A stretch of 64,000 bases of DNA from Pseudovirgaria hyperparasitica (Eukaryota). Positions 1-11,600 of the stretch are shown here, piece by piece. Within the stretch, counting starts at the first letter, position 1; every line of letters begins with the position of its first letter. The position numbers and the translations under genes are program-made. The DNA lies in assembly GCA_010093815.1 (NCBI GenBank), contig ML996575.1; one strand, 5' to 3'. Below the pieces are notes generated by a model. The model did not search any database and had not been told where the DNA came from. It saw only the letters and a program-made list of their open reading frames with translations.

Positions 1-1578
1 TATTAGTACTTAGTAGCTTCCCTAAACGATACTTAGGTACTATATAGCCTATTCTACTATAGGTATAGTAAGTAACTTTAGGTTATTTATATAAGTCGGT
101 CCTCGTATCTCGATATATCGATTAGTAGAGAGATCCACGATACGATCCGCGTGGTTTTAAATTTAAGGCGTGGTAGTAGCCTTATAACGTCCCGCGAGAT
201 CTATTACTAAATCGGTTTTAGTTAGATGATTTTACATTAGATTAGATCGTTAGAGATAGTCGTGTACTAGCGCGGCGTTAATTATTTATTATACGCTAGT
301 ATCGCTCCGTAAGGTTTATAAAAGCTTAGAGGTCTATAGAGATTATTATTATAAGGTTAAGACGGTCCTTTATATTTAGGGCGAGGGACCGTTTAAAGTT
401 ATCGTACTATCGAATTATATAATCTTCTTTAGCTTCTCTCTAGAGGGGCCGAAGGTATTTAAGGAGTTATAACGGTAACTAATTATCTCGTTATTAAGTC
501 TCGAAGATATAGCCCTAGGCCTAGTTACGTCGTTTAGTCCTATTACTAAAACATTAGAGGAGAAATTTAGTAAACGTGTCCTAGTTATAGGCATCCTTAG
601 AATATTCGATTTAGTATACTATCTAACGTTCTAAAGGCGTCGGGTCGAGGTAGTTCTAGGCGAATCTAATTTTATTACTATCGTTCGTGAATAGATAGAA
701 GAATCGGCTATATTAGTAAGTCTATACGTGGAAACTCTTTCTACTTTTACCATTAAAGTAAGGTAGTTTCTTAGGTTAGGGTAATTAGGATAGTAGTAGA
801 CTAGAATAGATCGTTTTAGTTAGTATAGGTCCATATAAATATAGATTAGTCATTACTAGAACTAAAGCGCGTAATATAGCTTTAAGTCTCGTAGTGCGTC
901 CTCGAGCTTCGTCGAGTTTACATAGTTATTACTCAAGTTAAACCTATCATTACCTCTCTTCGTATAGTCTAGTATACACGTTATTATAAGGTATAGTTAA
1001 TATTAGGCGATTCTAACGGATTAACTCATTAATATTAATAAGGTCTAGCCTCGTATTAAGGTTAGATCTAGTATAGTTCGAACTAGACCGAGATAGAGTA
1101 TAATAGACTCTATCCTTATATTCTATAATATCTTCTATAGTTATACGGAATATCGTGCGAGTTATTAGTGCGATAGCCTATAAGGTATAGTTATCGGTAG
1201 GGGTAGTTATAGGTAGACTATTCTCCTCGTTTAGGTTAGGAGAAGGTCTACTATAAGAGGCGGTGCCACGAGTATTATAACGAGTAGTTAGAGCCATTTC
1301 TATAAACTACCGTCGTGCTATATAAAGAGGAATTAAAATATAAGGATTATAGACGTAGGATAGTAGTCTAATAGATTATAGGAGGATTCGGGAATATATT
1401 TAAAAGGGTAGTCTACTCTTCTAATAAGGTTAATTTCTAAAGAGTAGAAATTAAGTATATACGGCCTACTTATATAGTAGTCTCGCTTATTCTAGCTAGC
1501 TTACCCTAGGTCCACCTATCACGGACCGTACTAGACTATAGTATTCTAGTTAAGTCTATCCTAGTGTTAGCCCTAACA
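1..1578 (-). mobile_element. Ty3/gypsy LTR retrotransposon A (5' part only: gag remnant plus 5' LTR), RIP-mutated, same family as element B
   Basis: Bases 1-1338 align colinearly to 12990-14327 at a constant offset of 12989. A RIP-altered CCHC zinc knuckle (VTYYTYSRIGYIVPKYR) lies at about 27-77. The element ends with an LTR terminating in ...CCTAACA at 1578. Confidence 0.9.
1339..1578 (-). repeat. 5' LTR of element A (240 bp)
   Basis: Similar to LTRs 6444-6681 and 14328-14565 but with transversions and indels. Starts with TATA (RIP of TGTA) and ends with ACA. Confidence 0.85.
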
Positions 1579-4500
1579 ATATCCGCTATTTTATAGAAAA
1601 AGAAGGTAACCGGGTACTATTATACCTTATCTTTCGTATCTTTATACGGTTAACTAATAATTCTAGTAATTACGAATCCTAACGCGTTAGTTTTAACCCG
1701 AATATACTTCTCGGGATTAAAATACCTAAGAATCGGCGTAGTTATAAAGTAATTCTTTAACGATCGGAACGTATCTTACGCTTCCGGCGTTAACTATATC
1801 CTAACCGACTTAGCTTTACGCTATACTCGCCTATCTATAGGGATTTTACTACCATTCTCTATAAGTTTATTAAGCGGCGCCGTAATTTATAAGAAGCCTA
1901 TAATAAATTTATAATAATAGTTTATAAAACCTATAAATATTCTAATTTAACATATAGTAGTAGATTCTAGCCATTCTATAATGGTCTTTACACGCTCCGG
2001 CTCTATTTTTAGGCCGCTATATATTATAATAAAGCCAAGAAACCTAACTTCTTATTAGTAAAACTCGTATTTAGATAATTTTACGTAGAGTTTATACTAC
2101 CTTAGACGATTTAGCACCGATTTCACGTGTTTTTTATAATTCTACATGCTATCGGAGTAAATTAGTATATTATTAAGATAAACTACGTAAATCACGTTAA
2201 GTAATCCTACGAGTATAGTATTAATATATCCTTAAAACGCTCCTAGTATATTTATTAGCCTAAATAGTATAATAGTATACTTAAAATAACTATATCTAGT
2301 CCGAAATACGGTTTTCTACTTATCTCTACGACGAATTTAAAGCCGGTAATATATATCTTATAAATCTAGCTTCGTAAAGTACTTTACCTTCGTTAATTAA
2401 TCTAAAGATTTACTAACTAGCAGTAATAGATAATAATTCTTCTTAGTTACCGTATTTAGTACCTAATAGTCGACGTATAGATATAAACTTCCGTCTTTCT
2501 TCTTCACGAAGAGAATAGATACGCTAGCCGATAACGTACTATAATGTATCTAGCCTCTTCTAAGGTATTCTTCGATATATTTTTAAAGAACTTCAAGTTC
2601 TAGTCTCGAAAGTAGGTAAAGTAGGCTATAAGAGATATCTACTCCCTCTTCGAGCTCGATCTTTAGCTTATACGGTCTATAATTAGGGAGAAGTAACGTA
2701 TCTCCTACCGAAAATATATCTGTATACTATGAATATATGTCGGGTAGCGTGTCTTCGCCCCGATTATTACTATTATTCTTATCTTTATTAATAATTAATA
2801 AGAATATAAGATAGATCGGCGATAATCGGGTCTACACGGTAAGGTTCTATACCTTCTTACTAATAGTTATAACTTACTAATATAATTTACCATAGTATCG
2901 TCGGAACGTTAATATCTTCTTCTAAAAATTAAGAATAGAGTTTAGGCGTCTAAGCTAAGGTATCCCTAGAATCATATTCTATTAGCTAATATTAGCCATA
3001 ATAAATTTATTAGATATCTACTATTTTATTATCTTCGAGTTATAAACTTCGTAATTCGTTATAGCTTTATCTAAAGTTCTAACTTTATATCTATTAACTA
3101 TAATAGTTCGGCTAACTTTACCGAGATTATACGATAATCTATACTCCTTTACAAGAATCGATAAAATATAGTTATCTTCTATACTAGTAACTATAAGGGT
3201 CTATATAGTTTTATTACTATTTACTATAGATAACGATACTTTTAGTAATATTAGGTCTTTACTCGCCGGAAGGCGCTACGGCTCCTTCTAAGTATATATA
3301 ATTTAGCTAAGAACGCGGTTAGGTCTCGTGTACTAGCCTACTCTTTTTTTAGATTCTTATAGTTAGGCGAAATATATTCTATTTCTCTATACTTATAGTA
3401 ACGAAGTGCGCTATAATCCTACTATTTTATAATAGGCGTTATATTTAAGCCTATACCTTATTCTTTTCTACGTTAAGAAGTACCGCCTCGATTATTTTAG
3501 TATCCTCTTAACGCGTTTCTACCCCGATTTACGCTCTTCTAGTACTAATCGCGGTAAGGTTACTCTTAATCGAACGTATTCGATTAACCTCGTTTCTAAC
3601 CCGTATAGAATTCGTCGGTTTTACCTAGAGAGCCGCGTTTCTTAAGGATGCGGTAGTATTTATTAGCTTTCTCCTCTAATTCGTATAGATAGTTAAAACT
3701 TAATAATACTATTTCTAGTCTTTCGTGGATTAACGGAAGTAGTACTTCGCGAAACTAGAATATATAAATATTTTCCTATAGCGTAGGGATATTATTCTAT
3801 AGGTTTTAGAGGTATTATAGTAGTTAAGTAGGTGTCTAGTTCGGTTGTTATACCACGTTTCTTAACTTAGATAGTGCCTTTCTTTTACGTTCTCTATCCG
3901 TTCCGAGGGTATTTAGTATAAATATAGCTAAATATTTCTAGGTTATCGTAGATAGTAGCTATACTTCCTTCTATCTATCCTATTAATCGCGGGATTATAA
4001 GTCTAGGTATTATTCTCTAAACGAAATATATTATACTTTAGTAGAAAAGAGTAGAGGGTTATCGAGGAAGTACTTTTCGTAGTCTCTCTTCTAGTCTTTC
4101 TACTTCTTTTAGTTCTTCTCTATAAATATAGTTAGGTCTTTAGATTTTGGTATACCTAGGGAAGGAGTAGGGTAAATCGGTAATAAAGCGGCCGGGTATA
4201 TAGTAGATTATCGTAACTCTAATAGTAGGTGAACTAATTCTACCTAAATTAGTATAGGAAGTCATCCACCTACTATCGTTCGGCGTAGTTCTTTAAGAGA
4301 CTCCTTAAGTTCTTGTCTCTTTATAAGGAGTTTTACGCGTTCTATCTATTCTTTAAGGGTTTAAATCTCTTAAGCCTAATTCGCGATATATTTCTAAAGT
4401 TTAGTAATGGTTTATTATAATACCTCGCGTGGCTCCGCCACGACTCATTATCCGGCTTTATATTATTAGAAGTTACTTAGCGTCTCTACTATTTCTTTAT

Positions 4501-4913
4501 CTAAAAGCTCCGTGATTTAGTCTAACATTTCCACTTCTCGGTTAGAAACGGCTAGAATTAATACTGATTATAGAGGATCCCTATTATTTAATATAGTGTT
4601 ACTTATCTCTATAGTAGATCGTGTCGACCTTCTCGGTTCTAGTTAGACTATCTTAACTATAGTACTATATAGGGAGTAATTCGAATATAAGAATAGGGTT
4701 ATTAGATAGTAGTATAGTTAGATAGAATAATAGGGTGTATTCTATTATAGAACGAATTACTACCGAACCCTTTCGGTAGAAATCCGAGAGTATATATATA
4801 AAGAGACGCCGATCTATCTAGCACGTAACTATTTACCGCCCTTTACGTTACCTTCTAACCCTATTAGCTAAGGTATATATAGGTCGGGTCCTATCTAAGG
4901 CTAAGTCCTAACA
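1579..4913 (-). mobile_element. Ty3/gypsy element C (different family): 5' LTR, gag, RT and start of RNase H, interrupted at 1578 by element A; RIP-mutated
   Basis: Minus-strand remnants: RT VVYLNNILI (YLDD RIP-altered) at about 2161-2190; RNase H PILRYFNPEKYIRVKTNALGF...YPVTFF at about 1600-1740; zinc knuckle RYYKYREIEYISPNYK at about 3357-3405. Not colinear with A or B. Confidence 0.85.
4686..4913 (-). repeat. 5' LTR of element C (228 bp)
   Basis: Bounded by TATAAG... (RIP of TGTAAG) and ...CCTAACA. Contains a TATA box at 4791-4800, has an adjacent PBS-like site, and hAT transposase sequence resumes at 4914. The partner LTR is outside the window. Confidence 0.75.
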
Positions 4914-6443
4914 GTTATAGGTTAAGGCTAGTATAGATAGAATATTAATTACTATCTTATAAAGCCGTAGAAACTATAATTTCCGATCTAACCACCACTT
5001 AATAGAGTTATTATAGTTAAACTTACTATCGAGTCGACGATAGCGGCTAAGTTCATCCTCCTCTTATCTTCTTTAGCTAATTAACTTTATTTTATTTAGG
5101 TATTCGCCCATTAGAGAGCTCGAGAGAGGTGTTTTTAGAGGTTATATATAAGGTAGAGATATATATAACGGTGAGGAGGGTCTCGGAGATTTATATATCT
5201 ACTAAAGGGCTAGGAAGTCGAGTTCTAGCTGGTTAATAGTCTTCTATAGGTATAATCTAGTAAACTTCTCCTTATCCTATTTAAAGAAGTTCTTCTATAA
5301 AGGATAGAGATAAGTTCTACTATAATATAGCGGGTTTAGCTTTACTAAGTTATAATACTTCGCTAGCTTTACCTTCGCGTTATTAATTACTATCTATAAG
5401 TAGTCCTTAAGCGGTAGATTTGGTTAAACCTTATTAGCTAGTATATAAGGCGTGGATTTAGAAACCTTAAGGTTATTAAAGTAGTTCTCTAGGTAATATA
5501 TTAAAGAAAGTACTTACTAGATTACTCTAAAATTAGCTTTATAGCCTCGTCCCTCGATTTATAGTAATACCTCTTTAATTAGTAATAAGGCATTAGTATA
5601 TATCCGGATAATACTCTAGTCGTAGCCGTTAAGTCCACTTTCCATAATAAATAATAGAGTCTTATTTATTAAATTAACGTCTTTATTATTAGAATCTCTA
5701 TCTCTATTATCTATAAAGATATCTATATTAACTACTATCCGGGTACTACTCCGACGCGTCTACTAGAAGAGGAATTCCTCTATATACTTATTAATCGCGG
5801 CTCGGAGCTTAAGGCCACGCTCTATAAAGTCATGGTAGCTATTCTAGCGTGTCTTAACTAGCTTAATAAGCTTAGTAGGAGTAAAGTTCGTATCTAAAGT
5901 AATCGCGTTCTTATTATACTATCGCTTCTATATAGTAATAAATTTCTATTATCTCTCGGCTAAGCGATAGATAAACGTAATGATTAACTATAGTACCGTA
6001 ATTAGTTCTATTTTCCGCCACTCTTATAGAAAGGTAAGCTCTACGACAAGGTCCTTAGATAGGTTATTAAAGGTGTCCTTATCTTTACTAAAAAGTAGAG
6101 ACTAGATAATAAGATTAAGAGTATATAGGAAGTAGTAAAGCTATAAGAACTTACTTACTCTAGGAAGAGCTTAAGAGAGGAGTTCTACGGCCCTAGTATT
6201 ATTACTTACTCCGTTAAGAATAAAGTAACTAATCTTATCCTTAATCCTATGCCTCTTAAGTACTACGAGAGTTAAATCTCTAAAGTTTTTACTAGTATAG
6301 CCACCCCTAACCTTAGATAATCCTAAGGAGATATTAATAAAGATACCCTCCTTATTTATAAAGTGCGCTATATAGAATTATAGAGATAGATAGTAGTTCC
6401 GTGAACTCTAGCTATTAAACGTAATATAAATCTTTAAGATAGT
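4914..6443 (-). mobile_element. hAT (Restless-like) DNA transposon, catalytic and dimerisation part of a RIP-inactivated transposase
   Basis: Minus-strand motifs: IYITFNS*SS (HITFDGWS, first catalytic D, ~6400-6435), YFLYTLNLII (CxxH, ~6105-6135), VKTR*NS (TRWNS, ~5837-5860), PIKWWLDRK...INILSILAL (dimerisation domain, ~4920-5005). Confidence 0.85.
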
Positions 6444-6681
6444 TATAAAGAGTAAAGACGTAGGATAGTAGTCTAACAGTTCATAGAGAGACATAGGAAT
6501 GTATTTATAGAGTAATCTTACTCTTATACGAGGTTGATTCCTAACGAGTAGAAATCGATTTATGCGGTCTACTTATATAGTAACCTCGCTTAACTTAGTT
6601 AACTTAACCCAGCTCTAGCCACTACGTGGCTACATGGATTAGAATAGTCCATATAGGTCTATTATAGTTCCCGTCCTAATA
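6444..6681 (-). repeat. 3' LTR of element B
   Basis: Direct repeat of 14328-14565 with 17 differences by hand count. Preceded (element sense) by the polypurine tract AAAAAGAAGAAGGA. Confidence 0.95.
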
Positions 6682-8471
6682 ATATCCTTCTTCTTTTTAT
6701 GCTTCGCCCCAAAGTACTTAAGTATATATAATTCTAAGTCTCTATAATCTATCGTGTACCTATATATCCGTAACTAAGTTCCTATAACGTTATAACTATC
6801 CTTAATATAGGTGAACTCGAGATTCTAGTTTACTTTTACCAGTTTATACACGCGCTCATCCCTTGCTTTATAGCTACTACCTAGGATACGTAATCGCCAC
6901 TTTGGTCGAGTATATATTTAGCTTCGCTCGCCTTTGATTTTATTCTCTAGTATATCCACCTCGCTCTTAAGGTAAGTCGTTAATTTATATACTATCTTCC
7001 CTAGTTTAGGTTTAGAAGGGTCTATAGTAGTCTATTCTTATTAGAACCGGTCCTATGTAACCTATTCGCGTTATTACGGTTACTAATTTAGCTTCGTTAA
7101 TTGCCGTTAAGGGTGGACGAATATTCCTTCCTTAGATCTCTAGCTAACGTGTGTATATAGATGTCTAATACTAGTCCTATCTCTAAGTCTACCTCCTCCT
7201 CTTATAAGACTTACTCTAAAGGCATTACCTCCTCCCCGGCTACGCCGGCTAAGAAGCCTACCTATTACGGTAGTACGAAGGCGCGCTCTAAGTCGGAGAA
7301 GAGAGTAGCTAGGGCTACTACTATTACTACCTCTACTACTAATATAGCTACTAGTCGCTCTAATCTAGGTAATTCTAGTACTAAACTTATGGATAAAGTG
7401 GTCATAGGTTCTCCTCTCGCTCTAAAGCGCACGCTATCTACTCTACCTCCTCTAGAGGATAAAGAAGATCTTATTATAGACGATAATCGTGAGCCCTCGC
7501 GCTTACCTATACCGCCGTCTCGCCGCTCTTCCTTCCGGTCTAATATAGACCGATTTAGTTACTCTAGGTCCTTTTAGAACCTTAATATTCGCTCTAAACC
7601 CTAGCCTACTAATAATAAGGCCTAGGTCGCCGAGGATACTAAACGTGGTCGCGGTTTACGCTATAGAAAAACGGCGAACTATAGTTCGATATACTATAAG
7701 TATATTAAGGGCCATACGGCCGGCTCTAAATATCTCTTTCGCTCTAACTCTAGTATTAGCTACTACTCTACTAACCGCGACGGGCCTATACGCCCTATCT
7801 TTACTCTATCTACCCGCTACTACTACTATACTATAACTAGTAAGACTTATCTATAGGTAAGTATAATGGGCTATCTTAATCTAGTATAATCTAAAGTGGT
7901 CCGCGCTAATATATTCTTAGATTCCTATGCGTATATAAGATATATATAATGATCTTCGCGTCCGCGAGACCCTCGGGGGTCCTTATAGCTATCTATCTAC
8001 TATATAGAGAGAGTTTAGGGAGCACTATAAGCTCTTCCTAGAGGTTATTAAAGTATAAGTTACGAGCACGTTAATTATTTTTAACATCTATTGATTTTTC
8101 TAGCCACCACGAGATCCCTAGCGCCTAGGCTATCTATTCTAGGGAGTCTATTCTAGCTATAGAGGCCGTAGAGAGGATTTACTCTATCCCCCCCCCGTCC
8201 GTCTCGCGCTACTAATAGATCTTATAAGAGGTCTACTATTTCTCCCTCTAAGTCGCCTCGTAAGAGGGTATATATTCCCTTCTAGATTATTCTAGATTAT
8301 ATTAGCTAACTTTAGACCTAGTTACTACGCTCCGGCGCTTAAGACTCTTCCCTCTAGGCTCTAACGGATTAGGTTATTACTCTAGAGGCTAAGGTTATCG
8401 TCCTCCGCCGCTATATCGTGCGGTTAGAGAGAACTATACTAGAGGTTAGGATAGATAATAAGATAGAGGAG

Positions 8472-8600
8472 TAGCTCTATGGTTCTAGCTCTATGGGTTT
8501 GGCTCTATATGTTAGCTCTATGGTCTAGCTCTATGTGTTAGCTCTATGCCTAGCTCTATATATTAGCTCTATATGTTGGCTCTATACCTAGCTCTATGTA
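8472..8600. repeat. Tandem array of ~10 T(A/G)GCTCTAT motifs with 3-5 bp spacers inside element B
   Basis: Read directly: tagctctat ggttc tagctctat gggtt tggctctat atgt tagctctat and so on. Confidence 0.85.
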
Positions 8601-11600
8601 TTCTAGATCTACTATAGGTGGTGCGTGCCGGCTCTGTTTACCTGGCTTTTATCCGTTTTAGTCCTTTTTAGACCGTTTAGATACCCGTCGGCTAGTTTCT
8701 AGTAATTTAATTCTTAACTTAATAATATTATATGTGCGCTCGCTTAGCTTATAACTATCGGTTTCTATATTCTAATTTTCCTTAAGTCACCTAAGTATAG
8801 GCACTATATATAAATTAGTTTATCTCTATAAATTCTATTAGAGTACCTAAACTAGTAGCCTAGTAGTTATTAGTTCGGGTACTCTAACCTTTTATATTTC
8901 GTGTTAAGAGTTTAATTCTATGGTAGAGTACCTTTTTTTAGGTTCTTAGTCCTATGTTTTTCTTATATATAATGGTCCATATTAGTCTATTCTAGACTCT
9001 TCTATGTTATTCTATTATGGTATATCGCGTCGCGTTCCTAAAATGGTTATTTACGCTTTCTTCGCGTCTAGTAACCATATAACGCTTGAATTATAGGGCT
9101 ACTATATAGAGTTTTCCTAGTGCGCGTCTAGATTTCCTAGTTTAGCACTTCGTTCTCTATAGTATTCTTCTTCTTTTTATAATAACCGTGATGTTACTAT
9201 ACTTATATTAATAATATACTATTCTATATCTTTTACTTATACGCAGCTATTATAGAACTTAAGATATATACCGCTAGTTCCTAGGTATCCTCGTCCTTAG
9301 TATAGTCCTTCTAACGGATTCTATATTTCTAAACACCGTCTTTATCGATTCTATATTTAATAATATGGTCCACTTCGAACACGTCTAGTCTATCTTAGGG
9401 TATAATAGAGTATAACTACACGTTCGTACGGCCATATACGTTAGGTCGAAATCTTTCGAGTAGTAAGACGTGGAACACGTTATAGATTCTTATATCGCTT
9501 TCTAAGTTAAGCTCGTAGGCTCTTATACCGATATAACGTTTAATTCGGAAGGGACCAGCCATTTTATAATCGAGCTTCTTATTTACTTACGACGTTCATA
9601 TATTACGGACGTTAAGAAGGACCTTATCGCCCTCCTCGTACGTCTAATCCTTAGCTAACCTATTATAGTACTTCGTATATAAGTCGTTTACTTATTAGAT
9701 TATAGCGCGATAGTTACGTGCGGTTTCGAAGATTTTAATTACTAATTTCTAAGCGTGGACGTTTACGTCTATTATTTGATTAAATTAGACCGTCTAAGGC
9801 TTAAAACCTATCCTTAGACTACGTCCGAGGTTCGCCTAGAAAGGTATAATATCTATCGTGCTATAACGACTATTATTATATATAAACTCTACTATGCTTA
9901 GTAGGGAGGCCTAGTCGTCCTACTCGAAATTATAGAATACGCGTAGGTAGGCCTCGAGCGTCTAGTTCTATCGCTCTATCTAGCTATCCATCTAAGGATA
10001 AAATACTATAGATATATTTCTATTTATACTTACTATTTCGTAGAATAACGTCTAGAATTTAGACGTAAAGGTACTTCCTCGGTCCGTAACGATCCTTTTT
10101 AGTATACTATGGACCTTAATAATCTCGTTCTAGAACACCTACGCTAGCTCTTTAGATATAATCGTCTTCTATACCGGGATATACCTAGACATCTTTATAA
10201 GTCTATCCACGATAATAAGAATAGAATTATAACTTATTCTAAGTATCTCGCTTAGAGATAAGTTAACTATAAAGTCTATAGTAACGTCTTCCTATATAAA
10301 GAGGGGGGCTGAAAGAGACTATAAATTCCTATATAGCTTATGCCTAGGGGCCTTCATTCTTTAATAAATCGGATAAGTAGCTATCTATTCTTTAATATAC
10401 TTAGGTATATCTTTCTAAAAATAGTACTAATAAATTAAGCTTAGGGTACGTATATACCTAAAGTATCCTACTAGGTTAGCGTTATAGTATTAGCTAACTA
10501 CATTAAATCGCGTGTTGCCCGTCGGTATATAGTACTTTCTATTATAGTAAAGTAAGCCGTCCACGAAGGTCTACTTATAGTCTACTTTAGTCTATAATAA
10601 TCTATCTTACTATATTTTACGCAACTTTAAAACTATCGGGTCTGTCTTCTATAGATCTATAATTAACTAGGCGAGGTTAATTAGATATTTACACCGGGTA
10701 TTATCGCCCTTCCCGATAGCACTAATAAACGGCCTACTAGGGACTTCGGTACCGTGTCTTTAGTTACCGGCTTCGGTCTTAGAGATTTAATTACCGGTAT
10801 TAACGTTAGTATCTCGCTAATCGCCTAATAACTTAAAATCTAACCTCGTCCTTAAGAGTTAGGCCTATAGCTACTCTAGGACCCTATAGCTACTATAATT
10901 CTAGGCGCCTTCTTTATAGTTAGGTCTTCTTAATATTCTATTAGCTAGATTTATACTTCTAGATTAATAGTAGATTATAAAGTAAAAGTTCGTAAGCTAC
11001 TTAGCCTATTAGACCTATTAACGGTTTAAAACTATTATACTTATAAACCCCTTTAAGTTATAGTAATTAGTTAGTAACTCGACGTTATATATAGTACCTT
11101 TAAGATAATATCGCTACTATTTAAACGACTCTACTATTACTAGTAGCTCTTAGTTATAGATAGAATATCTAGTCTTAACATCGACTATTTTACGTGAGAA
11201 GAACGTAACTAGATACTATTAGACCTTTTTAGACTTAGTTAGTCTAGGCTAGGAGAGAATACCTAAGATTATAAATTCTAACACGTCGGTTTCGACGTAG
11301 ATAGGTTTAGTTAGGTCGAAGTATACTAGTAATAGAGTAGTTATAAATGCCTCTTTGATTTTCTCGAAGGAGGCCCTTTCGTCTTCTAATAATTCTATAG
11401 ACTATGATTTAATATTATACTATTTCTATCTACCGCGGACCGTAATAGACGAATCTATAGTAGTAGTATACGCGTTAAGCGGTGCTACTAGCTAGGAGAA
11501 ATGCTTAACGAATTTTCGGTAGTAATTAGTAAATCTAATAAAGACACGTATATCTCGAACCGATTTTAGTTTAGGCTAGTCCATGATAGTAGCGACTCTA

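Noticed and set aside
7161..7836. Plus-strand ORFs of 138 aa and 63 aa (also 13033-13239) in the AT-rich block
   Set aside because: Antisense shadows of RIP-mutated minus-strand retroelement sequence, with no independent gene signals.
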